A stretch of DNA of 64,000 nt, taken from positions 1 to 64,000 of IMG/VR virus record IMGVR_UViG_3300044998_001357; one strand, 5' to 3'. This document shows positions 39,442-48,382 of the stretch, piece by piece. Each line of letters begins with the position of its first letter. Within the stretch, counting starts at the first letter, position 1. The translations under genes were made by a program, and so were the position numbers. Below the pieces are notes generated by a model. The model worked only from the letters and a program-made list of their open reading frames with translations. It was not told the origin of the DNA and searched no databases. This DNA comes from a virus.

Positions 39442-39978
39442 ATGGTCGATTTAGTTCCAATTTTCGAAGAACTAGCGAAGGGTCTGGGTCTTTCAGAATA
39501 TGATATTCTGATTGTTGGGGACGGCTCCGGAACAGTCGCGGACAAGTCTTGTGGTTGGTATTGTCTTTCGTATAATAAAAGTGCCCGGCAGGTAATCCCA
39601 TATTTTGGTGGTGTTAGTGGCGGCACCAATAATCTTGCCGAACTCGAACCAGGTATTTTTGGATTATGGAGCTATCGCCAGGTTTTGTGGAGCCTTTACG
39701 TTCGCTCCGGCGGAAACAAGGGTGATTTCAAGCCTCTTCGTATGGTGATTGTGTCGGATAGCGAAGTGACTGTTCGTTGCGGAAACAAGCAATACTCCAG
39801 AAATGCTAATGCTCCATTATGGGCGAGTATCGATTGGTTCGAGCGCAAAGGATATACTCTCACCTGGTTTCATGTTCCACGCAACAGCAATCCGCTAAAC
39901 GAACTATGTGATGCCAGGGCTGGAAAAGTGCGGCTCACTTTTCAAGGTATGAGGTTTACGGATGAGCAAGCAAAATAG
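39442..39978 (+). CDS. RNase HI-family protein
   Basis: GDGSG, TNNLAEL, SDSE, NAPLW, WFHVP..S.PLNELCD. Confidence 0.8.
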   Translation: MVDLVPIFEELAKGLGLSEYDILIVGDGSGTVADKSCGWYCLSYNKSARQVIPYFGGVSGGTNNLAELEPGIFGLWSYRQVLWSLYVRSGGNKGDFKPLRMVIVSDSEVTVRCGNKQYSRNANAPLWASIDWFERKGYTLTWFHVPRNSNPLNELCDARAGKVRLTFQGMRFTDEQAK

Positions 39979-40228
39979 CTACAAATTTTCACCTGAAGAC
40001 TTTGTTCGAGCGTGGGAAACCTCTTCGTCGACAAAAGAAGTATCAAATAAGCTTTCGGCGATTTGTGGGAGAGACGTTCCAGTGCATCTGATTTCGGCTC
40101 GCGCTTCGAAGTATCGCGCACGCGGCGTGAGGTTAAAGTATATGAAGGGTGGTCGAGAGAGCCTTGATGTGGAACTGCTAAACCAGGTAATGCGTGACGC
40201 GAAGGGCGTGGCTCTTTCGGAGAGTTAG
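39962..40228 (+). CDS. Small putative DNA-binding protein (paralog B)
   Basis: PEDFVRAWETS.S..EVS..L...ARAS.YR..G..LK.M...LDVE.LN. Confidence 0.7.
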   Translation: MSKQNSYKFSPEDFVRAWETSSSTKEVSNKLSAICGRDVPVHLISARASKYRARGVRLKYMKGGRESLDVELLNQVMRDAKGVALSES

Positions 40229-40435
40229 GATACATGTTTGTGAATACCTGAAGTACGCAGGGATACTGCAATCCAAAACTTCCCACCCGTCGCTTCCTTT
40301 GATTACGACTAAATGGAAGGATTATCACTTCTCCAAGGAAGATGGTAGCCTGCTAACCCTCTTTTGTTTTGAGGGGTAGCCACACGACAGCGTAGGTGTA
40401 TTCTCCTGGAGATAAAAAAACTCTGGGGGTGTCTT

Positions 40436-40780
40436 ATGCAGAAGGTGTGGGTAACGAGACTGTTTGGGGGAGCGGCCGCTCGCGGACGGATGAATCCGGC
40501 GGTGCATATGCAGGTTCGCCACGGCCAAGACCCGTTCTGGATTGTGGCGCTACAGTCGGGTAACTACACGGTTGACCTGGCGTTGACCTCGGGGGGCGCA
40601 CCGGTGCGTCGGGCCTATCCCAACGACCTCATGGTGGATGAGCCGGTGGCCAGCGGCTTTGGGTGGCCGACCACGGGCGGCAGCGTGATGACCCATCGCG
40701 TCGGCCAAACCCCGGTGGGTAACATCAATGGTGGGGCCTATCTGGGGCCAGATGGCAAAACAAAGACGTTCACTCGCTGA
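40436..40780 (+). CDS. Hypothetical protein
   Basis: GGGGG RBS; 114 aa. Confidence 0.5.
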   Translation: MQKVWVTRLFGGAAARGRMNPAVHMQVRHGQDPFWIVALQSGNYTVDLALTSGGAPVRRAYPNDLMVDEPVASGFGWPTTGGSVMTHRVGQTPVGNINGGAYLGPDGKTKTFTR

Positions 40781-41000
40781 TTTAACCCTTCTTGTTCTTT
40801 GGCTTTTCTGGGTTACTAGTAATGGTCGTGAACATGGTCTTAGGCCTGTTTACGACCTTTAGCTGAGAACGCTCATCATTCGTGCCCACCTATGCCCCGG
40901 CGATGAGTAAAATCGCCATTGGCGCATGTAAGATTGTTTTGGTATTGATTCGGTGATGACTGGTCTTTGTGGATGTTTACTTGGCCTCCTAGGAGAAAAA

Positions 41001-42134
41001 ATGAAGTCGACACATCGCTCGGAAGTCGTACCAGTGGTTCTGCAGAAGCACCCCAACGCGGATAGCCTATCCATTGTTAAGGTATGGGGCTACACCTGCA
41101 TTGTTCGAACGGTCGACTGGCAGGGAAGGTCGCGTGGCGTTTATATTGTTCCCGATAGCTGCGTGGATGTACGCCGACCGGAGTTCTGTTTCCTGGCGGA
41201 TAAGGCCAAAGAAGATGGGACGTACCGTGTTCGGGTCACCCGGCTGCGCGGCGAACTGAGCTATGGTCTGCTCATTCCCGCCCCGGACTGGGCCGAACTG
41301 GGCCAGGACTTGGCTCCGTATCTGGGTGTGACCCGCTACGAGCCACCGGAACACTCACGTGGCTTCATCGCTTCGGGCGAGGAGGAGGAGGGGCCTGACC
41401 TCTGCACCGGTCCGGAAAAGTACGACGTGGAGGCGTTCGAGCGTTACCACCACCTGCTGGAGGTGAATGAGCCGGTGGTGGTTCTTGAAAAGCTTGACGG
41501 CACCAACATGCGGGCGGTTTACTGGGAGGGTCGTTACTGGGTCAAGACCCGTAATCGTTGGGTCAAGCGCGTGCCGACCTACTCACACATCACCCTAGAT
41601 TCCCTTATCGGTCGTGGCGTGGCGGAAGAGCAGGCCCGGGAAATTGTTGAGCGGATTGCCAATCGCTGCCCTAAACTGAACAGCCACTGGGAGGCTCTCG
41701 AAAATAGTCCGGCCACAATGAAGTTTCTCAAAGAGAATCCGGGGATGACCCTCTACGGCGAGGTGTTTGGCGCGACGAACCGAATTCGCTACTGGAAGCA
41801 TGGCAAGAATCGTTTGGCGGTTTTTGACATCTATGACCAGGGCGTTTTCCTGAATGCCGGCAACACCTGGCGTCTGGGCGTAGCCAACGACCTGGAGATG
41901 GTTCCTGCGTTCACCCCTTTCGCAGGAGGGCGTACCTCGTTTGCTTTTCATGGCACCCCCTACAAGTTCGACACCATCAAGCGGCTGGCCACGGGAACCA
42001 CTCTGGTGGAGGGTGCCGGCTGTGCAGTGATTCGTGAGGGGGTCGTGGTTCGTCCACTCCAGGAGCGTTACGACCCCAAGATTGGCCGGGTGATTCTCAA
42101 ATGTGTCAGTCCTGATTTTTTGGTAAAGGATTAA
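41001..42134 (+). CDS. ATP-dependent RNA ligase (DRB0094/Rnl2-like) with N-terminal OB domain
   Basis: KHPNADSL N-terminus; motifs EKLDG, GEVFG, FDI, EGVVV, LKCVS. Confidence 0.88.
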   Translation: MKSTHRSEVVPVVLQKHPNADSLSIVKVWGYTCIVRTVDWQGRSRGVYIVPDSCVDVRRPEFCFLADKAKEDGTYRVRVTRLRGELSYGLLIPAPDWAELGQDLAPYLGVTRYEPPEHSRGFIASGEEEEGPDLCTGPEKYDVEAFERYHHLLEVNEPVVVLEKLDGTNMRAVYWEGRYWVKTRNRWVKRVPTYSHITLDSLIGRGVAEEQAREIVERIANRCPKLNSHWEALENSPATMKFLKENPGMTLYGEVFGATNRIRYWKHGKNRLAVFDIYDQGVFLNAGNTWRLGVANDLEMVPAFTPFAGGRTSFAFHGTPYKFDTIKRLATGTTLVEGAGCAVIREGVVVRPLQERYDPKIGRVILKCVSPDFLVKD

Positions 42135-42523
42135 GAAGCAATCGAGATTATGGAACAACTCGGTTGCAGGAGCACGTGATGCAATTTTCAATGTCGTCGA
42201 GCATCGCGAGGGGTACTACAGCCGCCTGGCAGAAGAGACTACGCACACCCACGATTGGTGTCGCAAAAAATACGTCTAGTTGGCAAAAAAGAATGAAGTC
42301 CTATTGATTTCAAGATATGACAATTGAAAAGGTTTTGCATGAGGTTTGATGTTCTGCGACGACGATGGTCCGGCCGAGTTTATCCAAACACTCAGAGCTA
42401 CCGACCCCGATGAAGCCATAGCGATGATTCGTTACCGAATCAAGAAGATTACCCGGCATCATTTTCAAGGGTAGACCCGACTTTTTAGGCTATTCCGGTG
42501 GCTGGGAGTCGTGCGTTTCTTTC

Positions 42524-42886
42524 ATGAACGATGCACTAAGCAAAATTATTATGACAACGAATGAGACTTTTGCCGAGATGGGAATCATCGTAGGAGCACC
42601 GCCTCGGCATCCGGACTGGCACAGAGTACGCAAGGCCTGGCTAAAACTTCAACCCGTTTGCCAGGCCTGTGGCGGAACCGATAAGCTTGAGGTTCACCAC
42701 ATTGTGCCGTACTGGAAAGAACCCCGGTTGGAGCTTATCGTTACTAATTTGATTACTCTGTGTGATGCGCCCTATCGGCACTGTCACTTCATTGTCGGTC
42801 ACCTTATGCACTGGGCCAGCTGGAACCCGGATGTTCGCGAGGACGCCCAGCGGCTGCTCGACAAGATACGTTCTCGACCCCGTTGA
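42524..42886 (+). CDS. Small HNH endonuclease
   Basis: CQACG...EVHHI.P...NLITLC...CH...GH. Confidence 0.85.
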   Translation: MNDALSKIIMTTNETFAEMGIIVGAPPRHPDWHRVRKAWLKLQPVCQACGGTDKLEVHHIVPYWKEPRLELIVTNLITLCDAPYRHCHFIVGHLMHWASWNPDVREDAQRLLDKIRSRPR

Positions 42887-43006
42887 TGGGTTTTCATCTC
42901 GGTGTAGTATTGGTTTGTCCGCAGAGAGCATGGTCTTGGCCCGGTCGGGAAAACGACGGGTGCGACACCCCGGAGAGACGGGGACTTCTTTAACCGAGGA
43001 AACCTT

Positions 43007-43219
43007 ATGTTCTGGAACTTACTCATCGAACTGCTTATTCGACTGATTGCGATTCTGATTGAACGGCATCTTTCAGGAAATAAACTTTCATCCCGGGAGC
43101 GAGAACAGCTGAGTCGCGCCGTTGGATACATGGAGCAGGCGACGGAACTTGCCAAGACCAAGTTCTCGATTATTCCCACGGAGCCACCTCCTTATGAAAG
43201 TAGAAGAAGTAACGCCTGA
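43007..43219 (+). CDS. Small hypothetical protein, hydrophobic N-terminus
   Basis: GAGG RBS. Confidence 0.5.
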   Translation: MFWNLLIELLIRLIAILIERHLSGNKLSSREREQLSRAVGYMEQATELAKTKFSIIPTEPPPYESRRSNA

Positions 43220-43312
43220 ATTGTATGACGAAGTTGCTCACTTGTTTACTCTTTATAGATTCGTCGTTGCGGCAGTCGGCCATCGCGTTTGTGCGGTCAA
43301 GGGTGCAAAAAA

Positions 43313-43681
43313 ATGAGAACTGGATGGATTCTGTTGCTCCTGGTTGGGTTGGTATGGGGTGCTCCGTTGCCCTCGGAGCGACCCCGACCTTCTCTTACTG
43401 CCCACCGCTGGATGATGCGGCACGGTAGCAGTCTTTTTTGGGCGCGTTTCTATCCTTGTGGGCAGTATTACGCGGGGCCTGGAGATAAGTCGGCTATTTT
43501 GTGGCACGGCAACTGGGTTCTGCAGGGCGATATCTTGACCGTTGAAGAATTTTCCATCTGGGATACCGCTAAGGAGAACCGGGTTGTTTACTGGTCGGTG
43601 TGCCTGGATAAGTCTAGCTGGACCGGTGAACGCATTACCTGTTCAGGATTTGTTGATGAGTTTTCTCTTGAAGGAGACTGA
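43313..43681 (+). CDS. Putative secreted protein
   Basis: Signal-peptide-like MRTGWILLLLVGLVWG; W.G.W motif. Confidence 0.5.
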   Translation: MRTGWILLLLVGLVWGAPLPSERPRPSLTAHRWMMRHGSSLFWARFYPCGQYYAGPGDKSAILWHGNWVLQGDILTVEEFSIWDTAKENRVVYWSVCLDKSSWTGERITCSGFVDEFSLEGD

Positions 43682-43682
43682 G

Positions 43683-44448
43683 ATGACCGCGAAAAATCGA
43701 ATCCCTCTTTCCCCCTCGGTTCAAACGCGACAAGACTGGCTTTGAGGACGCAACGGAAATTATTCTGGAAGTCCTCCACGGCGAGGGCGGGCAGGATGCC
43801 AAGCTTTTTGTAGAGCAGCTGGCCGACCTCTACCTCCGCTATGCCGCACGTCATTCGATTCGTGTTTTCGTTCTGGACAAATCGCCGGGTCATTGCGTTT
43901 TTCGGTTGCAGGGCAAGGGGGTGGGCCACCTTTTTGCTCGCGAGGCCGGAAAGCACTGCATTCAACGTATCCCCTCCAACGACCGTTCGGGTCGTCCGCA
44001 AACCTCGTTTGTGAGCGTGGCGGTTCTCCCCTTACCTCCCGAAAACACGGTGACTCCTCTGCCCGAAAACGAACTGCAGATTACCGTCCAGACCGGAAAG
44101 CAAAGGGCCGGTGGCCAAAACGTCAACAAGGTGGCCAGTGCCGTGCGGATGAAACATCTACCCACGGGTTTGTCGGTCTTTATCCATGGTCGAGACCAGG
44201 GCCAGAACAAACAAGAGGCCCGACGCATTCTGACCGCCAAGGTCAATCAGCTACGAAACGCCCAACGACAGGAAGATTACTCCCGACTCAAAAATGGGCA
44301 ACTGGGCGAGCGCGGCCGGGGCGGGAAAATCCGGACCTATAACTTTATCGATGGTCGGGTAACCGACCACCGGAGCGGTCAGACCACCAATAATCTGAAG
44401 GGTCTTATGAAGGGCAACCTCGAGCTTCTTGCAAATCTGTCTGATTAA
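43683..44448 (+). CDS. Class I peptide release factor-like protein lacking domain 1; frame break at CTT-TGA (43740-43745)
   Basis: AAGGAG RBS + ATG 43683; +1 frame encodes IILEVLHGEGGQDAKLF, EAGKH.IQRIP, GGQNVNK..SAVR, KIRTYNF..RVTDHR. Confidence 0.85.
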
Positions 44449-44610
44449 CGTATTCTCGGTCCATCGCCCGGACCGTGGCAAACCAAGAGAATCGACGAAT
44501 GGCTCTCGCTGAGATGTATTCCTCGCCCTGTTCGCTGCACGAAAGGTATCGCCGAATTCTGTTTTTTGCCTTTGCTGGACTGGAGCGTACTTAATCTTGG
44601 AGGTGGTAAA

Positions 44611-44979
44611 ATGTCAACGCTAGAACATGTGCAGATTTGCCTCAGTCAGGCACTTGGAATGCCTATCGACGAAATCTGGGAAGATACTCTGCTGCATGAA
44701 CTGGGGGCCGATAGCCTGGATTTCCTCGATATCACCTTTCGTCTAGAACGTCGTCTGGGAGTCTCCCTGCAAACCACGGCACTGTTCCCGGAGTGGCTTC
44801 TGGAGACCAATTCGGAATACGTGCATCGGGGCAACTTAACCAGCAAGGGTGTCCAGCGACTGACAAAGGAGCATCCCCAAGTGCCGGCCAGGGAAGGGAT
44901 GCCGGCAGGTGATGTGTTAACCGTCGGCTTCCTGGTCCAGGTTCTGGACCGCCTGCTGGTTCCATCGGGAGCAAAATAA
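44611..44979 (+). CDS. Acyl carrier protein (long form)
   Basis: LGADSLDFLDITFRLE phosphopantetheine-attachment motif; GGAGG RBS. Confidence 0.85.
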   Translation: MSTLEHVQICLSQALGMPIDEIWEDTLLHELGADSLDFLDITFRLERRLGVSLQTTALFPEWLLETNSEYVHRGNLTSKGVQRLTKEHPQVPAREGMPAGDVLTVGFLVQVLDRLLVPSGAK

Positions 44980-45369
44980 ACAATCAGGGTCGTGGTCCCA
45001 ACTCGGACGCCCACAGTGAATACACAGTGGGCAGTCCTGGGTTGCCCACCGGGCTTTTTGATGGAGATTGCAACCGCACAGTTTGCAACCACCCTTATTG
45101 TAAAAACCACAGGATTGACATGTGGCCATGCGCTGTTGAAATACCGCTTCTGAAACCAGGGGCGCTCCCTGTAGCACGTGTTGCGCCGCCGCCTGTACAA
45201 AGCGGCCGACCTTGTCCAGAAAGGTGGGCTCGGTCCATAGTTGACGATAGGCCGGATTATAGTGGAATAGCCAGCACAGTCTGCACTGGTCGGAGGTGTA
45301 GGGTGCTCCAGTCACTCGCTCGCAGGTGCAGGGACGATTACTGGGTGATGGTAAAGTTGAAGCTTCCAT
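44917..45369 (-). CDS. Cys-rich protein (DUF6171-like)
   Basis: RMATCQSC....CKLCGC.L..KA.W....CP. Confidence 0.65.
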   Translation of the reverse strand: MEASTLPSPSNRPCTCERVTGAPYTSDQCRLCWLFHYNPAYRQLWTEPTFLDKVGRFVQAAAQHVLQGAPLVSEAVFQQRMATCQSCGFYNKGGCKLCGCNLHQKARWATQDCPLCIHCGRPSWDHDPDCLFCSRWNQQAVQNLDQEADG

Positions 45370-45778
45370 TGTTGAAGATATTCCCATTTAAGCATCGATA
45401 TCTTGCGAACAAAGGCGAGCAAACTGGTGGCGAAAATGGATGGAACGGACTTAGCGGATTGCTATCACCGGGAGTTCCATTGATGGTAAAGGAAAGCCAC
45501 CAACAAAGAGCTGCGGACATGTTCACAGTAAAAGACATGGATATGCCGCAACCTATACCGCTGAAGCGCCAGCCGAAAAATCCGTAGGAATCACTTGGAG
45601 TCCATTCCATTGGGATGGTCAGGCCATTCAGGCAGCCCATATCGACCCCGAAGAATCCCTCGACCTCGGAAAAGGTGCCGTAAATCGTTGGCGGTAGCGG
45701 CCCTGGACAGCAACCCGGCGCGGATATATAAGATATACAACAGGGCCGACATGGATTAAATAGAAAAGGCATTGCCAC
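45338..45778 (-). CDS. Cys-rich protein resembling tail-protein CC modules
   Basis: FNPCRPCC...GCCP..LP.T; overlaps the DUF6171-like gene. Confidence 0.55.
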   Translation of the reverse strand: MAMPFLFNPCRPCCISYISAPGCCPGPLPPTIYGTFSEVEGFFGVDMGCLNGLTIPMEWTPSDSYGFFGWRFSGIGCGISMSFTVNMSAALCWWLSFTINGTPGDSNPLSPFHPFSPPVCSPLFARYRCLNGNIFNNGSFNFTITQ

Positions 45779-46029
45779 GACTCTTCATTAAGGTATGTGG
45801 TCAACCTTCGAGAAATACCCCGGACACCCGATACGGTCGCAACCCCTGCAGCATTCCCAATGTCCCCTGTCCGGTTGGTGCCGCTTACCCCAGGCGTTAA
45901 TGGAAGCCCTGTGCTCCCTGGTGTGTCTGTCGCAATCGATTATGCGGTAGAGAAGGGTCTGCCGGTGATTCGTGGTTGCTCTATCGCTCCTCGGGGTATT
46001 TACCTGGATAGTTTATCCAGGAGAAGACC

Positions 46030-46485
46030 ATGTCGACCAAGATTTCTTGCCTGCTGCTTGTTGATAGCAACGAATCCGAACGCTCGTTGACCCGCCGTAA
46101 ATTGGAAATCGCTCGAGTGAATATCGATACACTCTCGATAGCCACAACCCTCAGTGAGGCGATATCGCTGGTTCAGAAGTCCGACCCGCAGGTGATTCTG
46201 CTTGAGACCGACCTCGCCGATTCGCATGCTCTGGATACGCTCCGGGCGCTGCGACGAATAAGCGAGGCGGCGATTGTCGTTCTGTCTCACGGTGAGGATG
46301 ATTTTTCTGGACTTTGTGCCATCCGGGCCGGGGCCGATGACTATCTTCTCAAAGAGAAGCTAAGTCCCGCTGCCCTGCGACACGCCATCTATAACTCCCT
46401 GTCGCGACACGAATTGAGGCAGGCAACGCAGCGAATGACCGCGCGTATTGAACAACTAGCCATGATTCCTGGGGTGGCTCAATGA
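46030..46485 (+). CDS. Stand-alone response regulator receiver domain (atypical)
   Basis: LLLVDSN...PQVILLE..L.D...IVVLS...AIRAGADDYLLK; phosphoacceptor Asp position appears to be Glu. Confidence 0.8.
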   Translation: MSTKISCLLLVDSNESERSLTRRKLEIARVNIDTLSIATTLSEAISLVQKSDPQVILLETDLADSHALDTLRALRRISEAAIVVLSHGEDDFSGLCAIRAGADDYLLKEKLSPAALRHAIYNSLSRHELRQATQRMTARIEQLAMIPGVAQ

Positions 46486-46829
46486 TGTACTTGAACGAAG
46501 CCATCATTGCCGCCATTTTCACTGGTTTTGGTGTGTTACTACGAATCGGTATCGAATACGTAAGAACAAAATCAGATGTCCGGATGAAGGAACGAAAACA
46601 GCGTGAGGACAGCGGACGCTCCGCTGTGGAGCAGGCTGTTAAGATGTATCAGGATATTGCGATTGGGCTGAGAGATGACCTGAAGCAGATGGTTACCAAT
46701 CTCAACTCACTAGAAGCCGACCACCTCGCCTGCCGAGAAGAGAATGCCTTCTTGCGAGCAGAGATGAAGGGTCTGAACGAGCGTGTTCAAACCCTGGAGA
46801 AAGAACTAAGGAGTAGACGAGCCGAGTAA
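46482..46829 (+). CDS. Membrane-anchored coiled-coil protein
   Basis: N-terminal TM segment, C-terminal heptads. Confidence 0.6.
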   Translation: MMYLNEAIIAAIFTGFGVLLRIGIEYVRTKSDVRMKERKQREDSGRSAVEQAVKMYQDIAIGLRDDLKQMVTNLNSLEADHLACREENAFLRAEMKGLNERVQTLEKELRSRRAE

Positions 46830-46873
46830 ATCCGTTATATTGGGTTCTCGACATAAACCTGTGGAGAGAACCC

Positions 46874-47467
46874 ATGAAAGACTTTGAAGCACTTAAGCAA
46901 ACCTTTTTTCACCGTGTGGCGTGCGGTCCCTACGAGCATCCGACCAGCACCCTTGTCTTAAGCGACATTGTTCTTCATCTCCCCATCCTTGAATACTACG
47001 CCTCACAGTGCGAACATGTGACCGAACTAGGGGTTCGGGGCGGTCAGTCCACCGTCGCCTTGGTTTCGGGCTGTACAGGAGAAGTACATAGCTACGACAT
47101 CGAAAAAACCGACTTTGTTGATTTCTTTCAGACGCTCTACAAGCCCTGTTCCTGGTTTTTCCATCAGGGCGACACTGCCAATCCGTCTCTTGGAATTCAG
47201 GACACGGATTTGCTATTCATCGACACATTGCATACATATAATCATGTGAAGCAAGAGCTTAATCTTTGGGGCAGGAAGGCGCGAAAGTACCTCATCTTCC
47301 ATGACACTTTCACCTGCGGGTATCTCGATATCAGTGGTCCTGACCCGACCCAGCCGGGCATTCTCAAGGCGATTGAGGAGTTCCTGGCGAGCTATCCAGG
47401 AGAATACGAAACCGTTTATCAAACCAAATGTTGCAATGGGCTATGGGTGCTGAAGCGATGCAGTTAA
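46874..47467 (+). CDS. Class I SAM-dependent methyltransferase (Methyltransf_24-like)
   Basis: VTELGVRGG.ST, DLLFIDTLH.Y, IFHDT. Confidence 0.85.
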   Translation: MKDFEALKQTFFHRVACGPYEHPTSTLVLSDIVLHLPILEYYASQCEHVTELGVRGGQSTVALVSGCTGEVHSYDIEKTDFVDFFQTLYKPCSWFFHQGDTANPSLGIQDTDLLFIDTLHTYNHVKQELNLWGRKARKYLIFHDTFTCGYLDISGPDPTQPGILKAIEEFLASYPGEYETVYQTKCCNGLWVLKRCS

Positions 47468-48285
47468 TTGTACGGACGCATGGGGGGTTGGGAAATCGAA
47501 TGCGTGCCCTGGTGGCCGCTCGACGAGCCGCACTCCTTCTGGGTCGTTCTCTTTTGGTGTGCTGGGACCAGAATCATTATCATTTATGTTGCGATTTCTC
47601 GCGACTGTTCGCCAACCGGATAATCCAGGTTGGCTCGGATTACTGGTACGCCCAGCGCGAGAAGCTGTTGTGTTTCGGCGTTCAAAAACAGCCTGTTGTT
47701 TTGCCATCCACCCAAGCGCCGGTTTTGCTAGTGGAAGAAGAGAATTTTTTCTGGGTCGCGCAAGACAAGCGGGTGGTCTGGGGGCAGTATGGTCCCCACC
47801 GGGTCGCTTTGGAACCCTGGCGAGAGGAACTTCTGGAGGCGTTTGCCTGGCTTCAGCCCGCGCCCGCCATCCTTCGGGCGGTGGAGGCTTACCGGCAGGC
47901 TTCTTTTGGCCCCCGGGTGCTGGGCGTGCATATCCGCCACGGGGATAATCTCTGGTCCAATACCCATACCAGCGACCCGCTTTTTGCCGAGGTGATTGCC
48001 GCCGAACTGGAGCGTCTGGACGCGCAGCTATTTGTTTGCACCGACGACCCACAGACCAATCAGCGGCTGCAGTGGTGGTTTGGCAAGCGGGTGCTAACCT
48101 ACCCGGTGCGGAGTCTGGAGCGAGGCCGAGACCCCGAGGCGATTGAGGATGCTCTGATTTGTATGCTTCTGTTGGCTCGCACCCAGAAAATCATTCGCTC
48201 GTCAGGGAGTAGTTTTTCCCAGGTGGCCTCCTGGCTGGGAAATGTGCCAACCGTGGATGTGGGACCGCATGAGCACTCGTACTAG
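47458..48285 (+). CDS. Fucosyltransferase-like glycosyltransferase (GT11/GT23-like)
   Basis: GGLGNRM, GVHIRHGD, FVCTDD, SSFS. Confidence 0.8.
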   Translation: MQLIVRTHGGLGNRMRALVAARRAALLLGRSLLVCWDQNHYHLCCDFSRLFANRIIQVGSDYWYAQREKLLCFGVQKQPVVLPSTQAPVLLVEEENFFWVAQDKRVVWGQYGPHRVALEPWREELLEAFAWLQPAPAILRAVEAYRQASFGPRVLGVHIRHGDNLWSNTHTSDPLFAEVIAAELERLDAQLFVCTDDPQTNQRLQWWFGKRVLTYPVRSLERGRDPEAIEDALICMLLLARTQKIIRSSGSSFSQVASWLGNVPTVDVGPHEHSY

Positions 48286-48309
48286 ATGGAGATGCTAGTT
48301 TCAAAGCTA

Positions 48310-48337
48310 TTGACCGAAAAATTTTTCCCCATATTAT
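48310..48337 (+). promoter_or_regulatory. Sigma70-like promoter candidate
   Basis: TTGACC-16 nt-TATTAT upstream of the DGQHR-like gene. Confidence 0.45.
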
Positions 48338-48382
48338 TCAGCTACCGAGGATTTTTCGTCGCTGAATAATAGGAGCTAGCAC

